Shown: one piece after another, positions 12,691-36,499 of the stretch | Layout: each line of letters starts with the position of its first letter | How positions within the stretch are numbered: the stretch's first letter is position 1 | NCBI GenBank assembly: GCA_002269645.1 | Contig: NIVC01000131.1 | Coordinates: 186,001-250,000 of the forward strand | Length of the DNA stretch: 64,000 bases | Origin: Macrostomum lignano | Lineage: Eukaryota | Direction of reading: 5' to 3' | Notes under the pieces: model-generated | What the model was told of the DNA's origin: nothing | The model's database searches: none | What the model saw: the letters and a program-made list of their open reading frames with translations, nothing else | Made by a program: the position numbers and the translations under genes

Positions 12691-13547
12691 GTCTTGTTAG
12701 CTTAATTACCAACAGAGCCGTAATCCATAAATTCCAACATTCAGCTACTCAATAAGAAAGTAAGGACTGGAGCAATGCAATCTGTCAATCGCATTTCGAT
12801 GTAAAACTTATAAGCACGGACTTGAGCATTAGTGTATAGTCCCACTGAGCAGGTGTTAAATCAAGCTAATCCTCAGACACAAACAGGGTTGATGGCGGGC
12901 AGCAGAGGCTGGCCGGTTTAGGGTGCTGCGTCAGGCTGCAGTTTGATTGCGCCATAAAATCTTCATGGTTGCAGGGTGTGAACTGCAGCCTCTTCCCTCT
13001 CTCACTTCATCGGGCAGTCAGAGAGTTTACAGCGATAACTATTCATCTGTTTTATACTCGAGTATTATTAGCCTGCAGCTGAGAGGCTGAGATCTGGGCT
13101 ATGGTTGAGACTGGGCAATAAAACGGAAGGGACACCTGACCCCCCCCAAATACCCTCCATCTCAATTGTTTGGATTGCGAATTAGTTAGATGGCCTCTGC
13201 GGCTCTTCACCTAGACATTTTATTGTCTGTAACCCACCCCATGCTCCAGCCCACCTCAGCCAGCCGACTTAGACAGGTCGTATAAGGCCAATTTCGAGGG
13301 ATAAAAAAGCTGGGGATTTGGGGATTTTACAGCCTGCCAGCATGCTAATAATCAGCTTTACAGCTTAATTCCCGGACTTGAAACTGCGTTAACGACTGGA
13401 GCAGCCAAGCTTAGAGGAGCGACCGATTGGGCGGCAACGGGCTGATTATTGTTACTGGGTCCTGGGAGTGCCAAAGTGATGTCCACTACTACTGTCAGCA
13501 GTGAGGCTGGATAGTGTGCTGAAGTTTTGATGAAATGCTCGAATAAA

Positions 13548-15339
13548 ATCCCAGATCCCGATCCCAGATCCCGATCCCAGATCCCGATCCCAGATCCCGA
13601 TCCCAGATCCCGATCCCAGATCCCGATCCCAGATCCCGATCCCAGATCCCGATCCCAGATCCCGATCCCAGATCCCGATCCCAGATCCCGATCCCAGATC
13701 CCGATCCCAGATCCCGATCCCAGATCCCGATCCCAGATCCCGATCCCAGATCCCGATCCCAGATCCCGATCCCAGATCCCGATCCCAGATCCCGATCCCA
13801 GATCCCGATCCCAGATCCCGATCCCAGATCCCGATCCCAGATCCCGATCCCAGATCCCGATCCCAGATCCCGATCCCAGATCCCGATCCCAGATCCCGAT
13901 CCCAGATCCCGATCCCAGATCCCGATCCCAGATCCCGATCCCAGATCCCGATCCCAGATCCCGATCCCAGATCCCGATCCCAGATCCCGATCCCAGATCC
14001 CGATCCCAGATCCCGATCCCAGATCCCGATCCCAGATCCCGATCCCAGATCCCGATCCCAGATCCCGATCCCAGATCCCGATCCCAGATCCCGATCCCAG
14101 ATCCCGATCCCAGATCCCGATCCCAGATCCCGATCCCAGATCCCGATCCCAGATCCCGATCCCAGATCCCGATCCCAGATCCCGATCCCAGATCCCGATC
14201 CCAGATCCCGATCCCAGATCCCGATCCCAGATCCCGATCCCAGATCCCGATCCCAGATCCCGATCCCAGATCCCGATCCCAGATCCCGATCCCAGATCCC
14301 GATCCCAGATCCCGATCCCAGATCCCGATCCCAGATCCCGATCCCAGATCCCGATCCCAGATCCCGATCCCAGATCCCGATCCCAGATCCCGATCCCAGA
14401 TCCCGATCCCAGATCCCGATCCCAGATCCCGATCCCAGATCCCGATCCCAGATCCCGATCCCAGATCCCGATCCCAGATCCCGATCCCAGATCCCGATCC
14501 CAGATCCCGATCCCAGATCCCGATCCCAGATCCCGATCCCAGATCCCGATCCCAGATCCCGATCCCAGATCCCGATCCCAGATCCCGATCCCAGATCCCG
14601 ATCCCAGATCCCGATCCCAGATCCCGATCCCAGATCCCGATCCCAGATCCCGATCCCAGATCCCGATCCCAGATCCCGATCCCAGATCCCGATCCCAGAT
14701 CCCGATCCCAGATCCCGATCCCAGATCCCGATCCCAGATCCCGATCCCAGATCCCGATCCCAGATCCCGATCCCAGATCCCGATCCCAGATCCCGATCCC
14801 AGATCCCGATCCCAGATCCCGATCCCAGATCCCGATCCCAGATCCCGATCCCAGATCCCGATCCCAGATCCCGATCCCAGATCCCGATCCCAGATCCCGA
14901 TCCCAGATCCCGATCCCAGATCCCGATCCCAGATCCCGATCCCAGATCCCGATCCCAGATCCCGATCCCAGATCCCGATCCCAGATCCCGATCCCAGATC
15001 CCGATCCCAGATCCCGATCCCAGATCCCGATCCCAGATCCCGATCCCAGATCCCGATCCCAGATCCCGATCCCAGATCCCGATCCCAGATCCCGATCCCA
15101 GATCCCGATCCCAGATCCCGATCCCAGATCCCGATCCCAGATCCCGATCCCAGATCCCGATCCCAGATCCCGATCCCAGATCCCGATCCCAGATCCCGAT
15201 CCCAGATCCCGATCCCAGATCCCGATCCCAGATCCCGATCCCAGATCCCGATCCCAGATCCCGATCCCAGATCCCGATCCCAGATCCCGATCCCAGATCC
15301 CGATCCCAGATCCCGATCCCAGATCCCGATCCCAGATCC
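13548..15339. repeat. Perfect 13-bp satellite (ATCCCAGATCCCG), about 137 copies
   Basis: No variant unit seen; invariant 13-aa periodic translation in the ORF track. Confidence 0.97.
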
Positions 15340-15819
15340 AAGATTGTCCCTCTGTTTTTCCTCCGGCTCCGTACTCCAGTTTCTGGACTTAGTGAAAGCC
15401 GGAGGCCCCTTGGGCACCCATGGGAATCCCCCAAATATGATTTACTGGGATTGAATTCCTCTGCTGTTCTTCGTCTCCTTTGTATCTCTCGCTTGTCGCA
15501 TTTGTTTCAATTTTGGCGCTTTAGTGGAGCAGGATAATTGCGATCCCCCAATTTTAAAATGCTGACTCAATGTTGGTGTAGCAGTTTGTTTTTTCGTGTA
15601 GCAACTTTTTATTACTTTTTCCTTTCCCCCTCTCTCTTTCGCTGTAACATCTTTCTCATTTTCCGAGAGCCGGGTGCGCCTTTGTGCCCAATAGGCGTCT
15701 GGCCTGGCGGCGGTGGGTGGCCAGGGGTTCGCCTCCTTCTAACTCACTGCGCACTTACCTTACCTTGCTTCAAATTCACAAATGCAGGAATTTAATACTT
15801 TATTGAGGCGTGCATGTTT

Positions 15820-16130
15820 AAGATTCACGGATCTTCGTTCAGGACTCACTGATCTTTGCTCAGGATTCACTGATCTTTGCTCAGGACTCACTGATCTTTG
15901 CTCAGGATTCACTGATCTTTGCTCAGGACTCACTGATCTTTGCTCAGGACTCACTGATCTTTGCTCAGGATTCACTGATCTTTGCTCAGGATTCACTGAT
16001 CTTTGCTCAGGATTCACTGATCTTTTCTCAGGACTCACTGATCTTTGTTCAGGACTCACTCAGGATTCACTGATCTTTGTTCAGGGTTCACTTAGGATTC
16101 ACTGATCTCTTCTCAAGATTCACTGATCAA
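15820..16130. repeat. 21-bp minisatellite (CACTGATCTTTGCTCAGGAYT)
   Basis: Tandem units. Confidence 0.9.
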
Positions 16131-16786
16131 GATCAAGCATTCACTGGTCCTTTTTTGCATTCACTGCGGTTCCTTTATTCACCAACACACCGAATTGGCA
16201 GCGGTTGAGCTCATTACTTATTTATGAATATGCAGCTATTTATGCAATCAAATTTGGTTGCCTTTCAGTTTGATAGTTTTTAATACCCCCTGCAGTTTGA
16301 AAGCAACGCGCACGAATCCTTCAGCATTGCTTTCTTCTGTCTGTGTGTCTTCTGCTTTTGCCGAAACGCCCGAAAAGAAAGCCGCCGCTCCGTGCGGACA
16401 TAAAATGCGACTTATATGGCTGTCTATATCCGCCTCAGCTTACCATGAATTTCTCCCATCAAGGTCCCTCATCAAACCTCTGAGCTTCTAACCGCGAGAG
16501 GCTGACAGACTGGGCAGCGGAGCCGCAATGGCCTGCATCACCAGCTCGCCCGGGTTTTATTATGCAGTCTGTCGGGGAGATTTCGAAGCAGATTTTTATT
16601 CCCCCCTCTCTAGCAGACCGCGGCCTGCCTCTTTTATGCAAGGCACCAACGTTTATGTTCCTTGTGGCCTTCCCATAATAATATTTCTGTTGTGCCAAGG
16701 AGGCCTGGAGCCAGAAGCTGGTTTACAAGCGACTGCATTACAGGCATTTACTAGTGTATAGTGTCTATTAGTGTTTATTAACTAGT

Positions 16787-17760
16787 GCTAAACCTGCCTG
16801 TCTAATGGTTAAACCTGTCTGTCTAATGGCTAAACCTGCCTGTCTAATGGTTAAACCTGCCTGTCTAATGGTTAAACTTGCTTTTCTAATGGTTAAACCT
16901 GCCTGTCTAATGGTTAAACCTGCCTGTCTAATGGCTAAACCTGCCTGTCTAATGGCTAGACCTGCCTGTCTAATTGTTAAACTTGCTTTTCTAATGGTTA
17001 AACCTGCCTGTCTAATGGTTAAACCTGCCTGTCTAATTGTTAAACCTGCCTGTCTAATGGTTAAACTTGCTTTTCTAATGGTTAAACCTGCCTGTCTAAT
17101 GGTTAAACCTGCCTGTCTAATGGTTAAACCTGCCTGTCTAATGGTTAAACCTGCCTGTATAATGATTAAACCTGCCTGTCTAATTGTTAAACTTGCTTTT
17201 CTAATGGTTAAACCTGCCTGTTTAATGATTAAACCTGCCTGTCTAATGGTTAAACCTGCCTGTTTAATGATTAAACCTGCCTGTCTAATTGTTAAACTTG
17301 CTTTTCTAATGGTTAAACCTGCCTGTTTAATGATTAAACCTGCCTGTCTAATGGTTAAACCTGCCTGTTTAATGATTAAACCTGCCTGTCTAATGGTTAA
17401 ACCTGCCTGTCTAATGGTTAAACCTGCCTGTTTAATGATTAAACCTGCCTGTCTAATGGTTAAACCTGCCTGTATAATGATTAAACCTGCCTGTCTAATT
17501 GTTAAACTTGCTTTTCTAATGGTTAAACCTGCCTGTTTAATGATTAAACCTGCCTGTCTAATGGTTAAACCTGCCTGTTTAATGATTAAACCTGCCTGTC
17601 TAATGGTTAAACCTGCCTGTTTAATGATTAAACCTGCCTGTCTAATGGTTAAACCTGCCTGTCTAATGGTTAAACCTGCCTGTTTAATGATTAAACCTGC
17701 CTGTCTAATGGTTAAACCTGCCTGTCTAATGGTTAAACCTGCCTGTCAAATGGTTAGACC
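16787..17760. repeat. 21-bp minisatellite (TAAACCTGCCTGTCTAATGGT)
   Basis: Tandem units. Confidence 0.95.
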
Positions 17761-18619
17761 CACGGTTTAACGTCCAGATGCTGCAGTACAAATGTAGTGC
17801 AGGTGTAGTAGAGGCCTTCCGGAAGGGGTGCTCTTAAATTCTGGTGTTTTCAAATGTGGATTTATGTATTTATGTATTTTTATTTATTTATGTTTAATTT
17901 ATGTATGATTTATGTATTGATTATGATGTATATATTCGGGTGTGAATTGAGACCAAATTTACAAAAACAAGCGGAATTTATGATATCTTAATATAATAAG
18001 AAATATGCCGTGGAAAATTGTTATGAAAACTACCAAGAGAGCCCCACAGTTGTCACTCCAGGTTCTCGTACTGGGTGTCCTTGGCTGCGCGCCTTTCGGT
18101 CGACTCTTCTCTGCCCCACTTTTTTGGTTTATGGCCCAGAGCGGTCTGGCCGTATTGGCAGTGGGAGCTGCGCCTGCTTTCACTGCCAGTCTGCGGGAGC
18201 AAAACGGCGGGTCAGAAATCCACGCGGCCGCGTTTGATGCCATTCTTGGGCCGCCCCGCACACTTTCCACCCCTCCCCCTACCTGCAATTAAAAATTGTA
18301 AAGGCGAATTAATGGCCGCTCACCATTGGCCCGACCGCGGCGACCCGGCGGCTTTTGTTTGGAGCAATTACAGGACTTGGTGTTATATAAACCCTCAGAC
18401 TCTCTAGCAGGGCGAATCAGCGGGCATTCTCATCAGCTTCTCACCTTAGATTTGATAGCCACAAGCAAGCTAAGAGTTAGTCGGATTTAGAGACTATTAT
18501 TAATAATGCCAAGAGTTAGAGCTGCACTGGTGAAGCCTGCCGATGGACAGCCGCAGGTAAGATCTGGGAAGGTGTTAAGACATCTGTGTCAGCCCGGGCG
18601 ACTTGTTGCCCTTCTGAAT

Positions 18620-20397
18620 TCTGCAGTGCCATTCTGCATATCTCAGTGCCATTCTGCATGTCTCAGTGCCATTCTGCATGTCTCAGTGCCATTCTGCATG
18701 TCTCAGTGCCATTCTGAATGTTTTAGTGCCATTCTGCATGTCTCAGTGCCATTCTAAATGTCTCAGTGCCATTCTAAATGTCTCATTGCCATACTGAATG
18801 TCTCAGTACCCATCTGAATGTCTCAGTGCCATTCTGAATGTCTTAGTGCCATTCTGAATGTTTTAGTGTCATTCTGCATTTCTCATTGCAATTCTGAATG
18901 TCTCAGAACTCATCTGTATGTCTCAGTGCCATTCTGCATGTCTCAGTGCCATTCTGCATGTCTCAGTGCCATTCTGAATGTCTCAGTGCCATTCTGCATG
19001 TCTCAGTGCCATTCTGAATGTCTCAGTGCCATTTTGAATGTCTCAGTGCCATTCTGCATGTCTCAGTGCCATTCTGCATGTCTCAGTGCCATTCTGCATG
19101 TCTCAGTGCCATTCTGAAATCTGCAGTGCCATTCTGCATGTCTCAGTGCCATTCTGAATGTTTTAGTGCCATTCTGAAATCTGCAGTGCCATTCTGCATG
19201 TCTCAGTGCCATTCTGAATGTTTTAGTGCCATTCTGCATGTCTCAGTGCCATTCTAAATGTCTCAGTGCCATTCTGCATGTCTCAGTGCCATTCTGCATG
19301 TCTCAGTGCCATTCTGCATGTCTCAGTGCCCTTCTGAAATCTGCAGTGCCATTCTGCATGTCTCAGTGCCATTCTGAATGTTTTAGTGCCATTCTGCATG
19401 TCTCAGTGCCATTCTAAATGTCTCAGTGCCATTCTGCATGTCTCAGTGCCATTCTACATGTCTCAGTGCCATTCTGCATGTCTCAGTGCCATTCTGCATG
19501 TCTCAGTGCCATTCTGAATGTTTTAGTGCCATTCTGCATGTCTCAGTGCCATTCTAAATGTCTCAGTGCCATTCTAAATGTCTCATTGCCATACTGAATG
19601 TCTCAGTACCCATCTGAATGTCTCAGTGCCATTCTGAATGTCTTAGTGCCATTCTGAATGTTTTAGTGTCATTCTGCATTTCTCATTGCAATTCTGAATG
19701 TCTCAGAACTCATCTGTATGTCTCAGTGCCATTCTGCATGTCTCAGTGCCATTCTGCATGTCTCAGTGCCATTCTGAATGTCTCAGTGCCATTCTGCATG
19801 TCTCAGTGCCATACTGCATGTCTCAGTGCCATTCTGCATGTCTCAGTGCCATTCTGCATGTCTCAGTGCCATTCTGCATGTCTCAGTGCCATTCTGAATG
19901 TCTCAGTGCCCTTCTGTATGTCTCAGTGCCATTCTGCATGTCTCAGTGCCATTCTGCATGTCTCAGTGCCATTCTGCATGTCTCAGTGCCCTTCTGAATT
20001 CTGCAGTGCCATTCTGCATATCTCAGTGCCATTCTGCATGTCTCAGTGCCCTTCTGCATGTCTCAGTGCCATTCTGAATGTCTCAGTGCCATTCTGCATG
20101 TCTCAGTGCCATTCTGCATGTCTCAGTGCCATTCTGCATGTCTCAGTGCCATTCTGCATGTCTCAGTGCCCTTCTGTATGTCTCAGTGCCATTCTGCATG
20201 TCTCAGTGCCATTCTGCATGTCTCAGTGCCCTTCTGAATTCTGCAGTGCCATTCTGCATATCTCAGTGCCATTCTGCATGTCTCAGTGCCCTTCTGCATG
20301 TCTCAGTGCCATTCTGAATGTCTCAGTGCCATTCTGTATGTCTCAGTGCCATTCTGCATGTCTCAGTGCCATTCTGCATGTCTCAGTGCCATTCTGC
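18620..20397. repeat. 20-bp minisatellite (TGTCTCAGTGCCATTCTGCA) with an 800-bp block duplication
   Basis: Tandem units; the variant block near 18780-18920 recurs 800 bp downstream. Confidence 0.95.
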
Positions 20398-21313
20398 CAA
20401 CACACTAAGGCACTACCACTAATTAATACGGCTGAGCATATTATAGTCAGTAAGAAGTGTTTTAGGGCAACTTTTTGAGCCAGCCATGCAGCCAGGCGCT
20501 GCCATATAGTTAGGGGGGGGGGGGTGGCCGAGGTCGTCATAAAAAAGTTTACGATGGCAGCGGCGGCGGGGGCCCGGATTCCCCTGACCCTGGGTGTGTC
20601 TAAAGTTGATACAGCAAGTCAGTATTGCCTCTGCCCCTCTGTTGTTGTTTGCTGCTGCCGCTGCTGTAAAATGTGCCAGCGCACGTTGGTCTGTCTGTAG
20701 CAGGGCAGTCAAGGACTACTTAAGTATCGTTTATAGTCCTTGAGGGCAGTAAACGGTTTTATTCAAGCAATATATCCGAACCGCACACATTGCACCTACA
20801 TGTATGCGGTAGTGAACTAGGGCTGCTCCCTCTCCAAGTTTCATTAATCTGTGCCCACATCAAACGTGGGGGCCTACGAAGTGCCGTACATAGACAATAG
20901 GGTCCCTCAACACAGATATCTGATTATATCTGAGCATGTAGGTTAGTACCTAGCATCAGATTCACTCAAAACTTTTAAATAAAAATTCCTAGATTTTCAA
21001 TGAGTTCAGTCATTAAAATCGAATCAGCTCGTTCTTTGTCTAATGCGCGTATCTTTGTTTGATAAAAATCATATCCTTGTCTTTCTACTGTAAGTAGAAT
21101 CTGTTGCTACGATTTTTGCACGAGAAAAGTTTAAACAGGCAGCTAAGAAGTACTATCATTAACTTAGAGATTATTAAGTGATATTTTATTCCCGCAGCCA
21201 ATCAGAGGCCAGACACTACCCTACCCCTCTACCCAGCAGCCAATCAGAGGCCAGACACTACCCTACCCCTCTTCCCCCCTTATCAGAGGCTAGATGCTAC
21301 TTTCTACCCTCAG

Positions 21314-31045
<9,732 letters not shown>

Positions 31046-31134
31046 TCCTATATTATAACAAACCTGTTTAATAAGAGTAGACTACATTTGTTTATCAAAT
31101 TAACTTAGTTTTCACAGCTCAACAAGGGCCTTTT

Positions 31135-31435
31135 AGTCTAAATTAGCCTGCAGGTGACTCAGTCACGTGATCAACTCGCAGCCGTTTAGCCTAAATTAGC
31201 CCCCAGGTGACTCAGTCACGTGATCAACTCGCAGCCGTTTAGCCTAAATTAGCCCCCAGGTGACTCAGTCACGTGATCAACCCGCAGCCGTTTAGCCTAA
31301 ATTAGCCCGCAGGTGACTCAGTCACGTGATCAACCCGCAGCCTAAATTAGCCCGCAGGTGACTCAGTCACGTGATCAACCCGCAGCCTTTTAGCCTAAAT
31401 TAGCCCGTAGATACTCAGTCACGTGATTAACCCGC
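31135..31435. repeat. 53-bp tandem repeat carrying GTGACTCAGTCACGTGA
   Basis: Units at 31153, 31206, 31259, 31312 and 31357, plus one degenerate copy. Confidence 0.9.
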
Positions 31436-31939
31436 ACTGTCTGTTTTTTTAAGAAAAAATAAAATATTTCTCAATGCAATCATCACCTGTGCTATTATTA
31501 TTTAATAATTTAGTACTGCTGTACATAGTTTACACGTGTAGTTTAGTTTCTGAAGTTTAGAACTGAAATGCGCCCCGTATTTTTAGTCGGAATATTTGTA
31601 CTCGTAGTTTCTTGGAAACAAAATGCACTTTAGCGTCATTGTCATCGATATTGCTGTTGCTGTAGTATTGTATTGATTAATTTTAAAGAAAAAAAATTTG
31701 TTATTCTCTTGATGCAATTCATTTTCGCTAAATTTGCGTGTGTACGTTTGTTAAACTGAACAGTAGTATACTTGTGGTCTCAATCAAAAATGCTTTAGCT
31801 GTATGTGCTGTAACTACCTGCATAGCAACTGAGCGTGCATGCAGTTACATTATAAATTAGTCAATCAGTCAATCATGTAAATGTTTTTCACTCATTTTTT
31901 ATTTGGTTACTTCCTTGAAGTTCATCATGGGGTTAATCG

Positions 31940-32510
31940 TGACTCCCCTTGATGGCACCCCTGACTCATATTTATGACACCCCTGACTCCCCACTATGAC
32001 ACCCCTGACTCCCCTTTATGACACCCCTGACTCCCCATGATGACACCCCTGACTCATATTTATGACACCCCTGACTCATATTTATGACACCCCTGACTCC
32101 CCACTATGACACCCCTGACTCCCCACTATGACACACCTGACTCCCTTTTATGACACCCCTGACTCCCCTTTATGGCACCCTTGACCCCATTATGACACCC
32201 TTTGACTCCCTTTTATGGCACGCCCTGACTCCCCATTATGACACCCCTGACTCCCCTTTATGACACCCCTGACCCAATTATGACACCCCTGACTCCCCTT
32301 TATGACACCCCTGACTCCCCATTATGACACCCCTGACTCCCCTTTATGACACCCCTGACTCCCCTTTATGACACCCGCTGACCCCCTTATGACACCCCTG
32401 ACTCCCCTTTATGACACCCCTGACTCCCTTTTATGACACCCCTGACTCCCTTATGACACCCCTGATTCCCTTATGACACCCCTGACTCCTGTTATGACAC
32501 CCGCTGTCTC
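31940..32510. repeat. ~22-bp minisatellite (TATGACACCCCTGACTCCCCTT)
   Basis: Tandem units. Confidence 0.9.
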
Positions 32511-33369
32511 TGATCCCTACAATTTAAATGAGTCCCCTGACCCCCACAGATCCAGAGTCCTCTGACCCCACAAACCGAGTCCCCTGACCCCACAAACCGA
32601 GTCCCCTGATTTCACGAACCGAGTCATTTTCCCCCAGCAACTAAGTGTTTAACGCAGCTTCCCAGTCACAGGTCATCTCACATTCGACATAGCAACCGCA
32701 AGCCAATGAGTCATAAGCCGGCGAGCTCGCGCGGTGAGCGCGAAAGGAAGGGATCGAGGGACACAAATTCCCCGCTGAAACTCAAACAGTTGAAGTGGCG
32801 AGTAGCACACGGGATCTGAACAATTGCTCGAGTAGATAGCGACACTGAGAACGGCTGGCTGCTCATTGGAGTTGGAGAGCCGGCAGCGTGACTGGGGGGT
32901 CCCCCTGCCACTTATTCACCCTTGTAGCGGCGCCGGCCCAGCGGCAGCAGCGGGGGGCAGGCAGTTCTGTGAAAAAAAGTTGTGTAAGAATTAAGAAAGG
33001 AATAAGATAGAGGCTTAGCTTAGCTGTCTCCCCTTATACCCCCGTCACCCCGCTCCCTAACACCGGCCCTCCAAACCGGGAGGGGAGCAAATACAGCAGC
33101 AAGCAGCACTCCCGCTTCCCTCCTTGACAAATAATGCGCCTCGGCTCAAAACTATTATACTCATATATAGAATTGGGGGGGGGGGGCATGGAGTTCTGGA
33201 ACTGCTCAGGCATCTGGGGTGGAATGTTGATTTGGTTAAGCTTCACTCGTGTTCGACTGCAATTCTTTTTTCAAGAAGCTGAAGACTGAAACTTGAAGCT
33301 TCATCAGCTGAAAATTCATATCTGATCTTAGAGAAACTAAAAATGTATAGGCTTAAACTAAAAAATTTA

Positions 33370-33770
33370 CAAGCTCGAAACTTCAAAGATCGAAACTTCC
33401 CACTTCCCAAGCTCGAAACTTGCCACTTCCCAAGCTCGAAACTTCCCACTTCCCAAGCTCAAAACTTGCCACTTCCCAAGCTCGAAACTTCCCACTTCCC
33501 AAGCTCAAAACTTGCCACTTCCCAAGCTCGAAACTTGCCACTTCCCAAGCTCGAAACTTCCCACTTCCCAAGCTCAAAACTTGCCACTTCCCAAGCTCGA
33601 AACTTCCCACTTCCCAAGCTCGAAACTTCCCACTTCCCAAGCTCAAAACTTGCCACTTCCCAAGCTCGAAACTTGCCACTTCCCAAGCTCGAAACTTCCC
33701 ACTTCCCAAGCTCAAAACTTGCCACTTCTCAAGCTCGAAACTTCCCACTTCTCAAGCTCGAAACTTTACC
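33370..33770. repeat. 23-bp minisatellite (CCCAAGCTCGAAACTTSCCACTT)
   Basis: Tandem units. Confidence 0.9.
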
Positions 33771-34894
33771 AACTCAAAACTTTCAAATCTCGAAGCTCGA
33801 AACCGCAATTGAAAGCGAGAAGTTTTTAGCTTGCTTCAAAAGACACCTAGAAACTTTTCGAAGCCTTATAGTTAACCAAGGAAGGGAATGGCAATGAGTT
33901 TCCTTTCCAGAATCTGTAAGTTTAGAGCTCCCTAATTCACTGGGTGGGAGAAGAATGGAACGCTAAAGCTGTCTGAGCGTCTCGCATTGGAATTTTCGGG
34001 CTTCGGAGGAATAGGGAAGCTTAATCGGGCCGGGGTCCCGCGATCACCTCGGACTCCGCCATCTGGTTCTCGCCCGTAACTTTTTAACAGCCGGCCTCTC
34101 TCTCCCCGCTTGCCAGGCAAAGCAGACGTCGTCGTGGTGCTTTGTGCGGGGGGGGGGGTTGTTTAGTGGAAGCAGGCGGTGCAGCAGCAGTGCTGTGGGG
34201 CTGTGGCATTGTCCCCCTTTTTGGGAGGGGGGGTTTGGCTATGAAGCTCGATAGCGCCCATACGAGAGAGGCGGATATCTCTTGAGTTAAAACAGGGGGG
34301 AAGCCACGGTGAGTTGGAGGTGAGCAGCTCAAGTAAGCCCCACCCACTACCCCTGCCACAAATGACTGCTGACTCCACTTTCGCGTGGAGGGGGCTGGCA
34401 GCAGCTGTTACTGTGCTGTGCTCCCGCCCCCACCCCGAGCCGCGGATCAGCTTAAAACCGCGAGCCCCGCGCCTGGCTCCTCCGGGCTGCGGCAACAGTT
34501 TGCTGGCAAGAAACACTCGGCGGACAAAGACAGAGACAGAGGGACCGGAACGCGCAGCGATCAGTAAGTTGTTGTCTATGGCTGAAACTCCGCGTGGCCA
34601 ATGCAACTCGGACACCATGTTGGTATCGAATGATAGTTTCCCGCCAGTCCAAGCCATGACTGTTGGGTCGGTGGGACTGTCATTTGTTGCTAACTGTCCC
34701 TGAGCGACTAACCTCACACTCACCTCCAGTCTCCATTATTCTCGAGTTCCCAGGCTTTAATAAACCGGTTTTGAATTTCCTTTCGTGACATTTTTTGGCT
34801 TTTTGCATTTAACTCTTTTGTTGCTTTTTCTTTTAATTTTTAGTCAAACTGAAAATTTAATTACGGATAGGCAATAATCCAAAAGAGACCTCAC

Positions 34895-35298
<404 letters not shown>

Positions 35299-35584
35299 TG
35301 TCACGGTGAGACCCGTGATTATAATTTAATTTATGTACGATTGAATATTCTGAAGGTTTTGTCTGACATATAAATGCACATGTTGCTCCTACTCAGAGAG
35401 TACATTTGGACAGCTTCCTCATTGAGTGTTTTCAATCCTTTTCCCTCACTTTTCATTTATTCAACCTCTTACAGTGCAATTGCATCAAGTCTTCTAACAG
35501 ACCGTTCGCGAGTTCTATGAGAACAATCATGCCCTTTGCCTAGCTCAAACTCAATGCATTTCACTCTTGAACTTCTCTTCTTTT

Positions 35585-36125
35585 ATACCCCTCATTCACT
35601 CCCTCTCGTACCCCTCATTCACTCCCTCTCCCATCCCTCATTCACTCCCTCTCCCACCCCTCATTCACTCCCTCTCCCATCCCTCATTCACTCCCTCTCC
35701 CATCCCTCATTCACTCCCTCTCCCACCCCTCATTCACTCCCTCTCCCATCCCTCATTCACTCCCTCTCCCTCTCCCATCCCTCATTCACTCCCTCTCCCA
35801 TCCCTCATTCACTCCCTCTCCCATCCTTCATTCACTCCCTCTCCCTCTCCCATCCCTCATTCACTCCCTCTCCCATCCCTCATTCACTCTCTCTCCTACT
35901 CCTCATTCACTCCCTCTCCCATCCTTCATTCACTCCCTCTCCCTCTCCCACCCCTCATTCACTTCCTCTCCCATCCTTCATTCACTCCCTCTCCCTCTCC
36001 CATCCCTCATTCACTCCCTCTCCCATCCCTCATTCACTCTCTCTCCTACTCCTCATTCACTCCCTCTCCCATCCCTCATTCACTCTCTCCCCTACTCCTC
36101 ATTCACTCCCTATTCCATCCATTAC
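35585..36125. repeat. Pyrimidine-rich ~23-bp minisatellite (CCTCATTCACTCCCTCTCCCATC)
   Basis: Tandem units. Confidence 0.9.
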
Positions 36126-36499
36126 TCACTCATGAATGGTTCATTCACACTCCATTTCCACTCACTCAAACTTTCTTAGCCCGCATTCCCTCCATGGAGC
36201 TGTGAAGGCAGAATGGACCGCCTGCTTAACGCTCGTCTTTAGCGAACAAAAATCCGTATTAGATTTAAACTACTTAAAGTAGGCAATGCGGCATAATTAA
36301 AATACATTTTTGTACTGATAGGTATATTTTAGACACAAAGAATCCAGTATTGTAGCTGGTATTAACAAATAAAATGGACTCAAATAATTAATATAATTTA
36401 TAAAATGCTTCAGCACAGGTCACTTCTTCTGATCCGAGATGTGAAAGACATGATCGAAGATTTTTGGTTAAACTACATTCACAAGTAGATTTTCGTACA

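Noticed and set aside
13452-15434. 620-660-aa ORFs on both strands
   Set aside because: Pure translations of a 13-bp satellite that lacks stop codons; no evidence of a gene
18005-18292. Hydrophobic ORF as the receptor leader exon
   Set aside because: No convincing donor in a usable phase and the hydrophobic segments do not form a clean signal peptide
34163-34723. LHWPRGVSAIDNNLLIA as an NHL-repeat
   Set aside because: Single short resemblance with no further repeats and no supported exon structure
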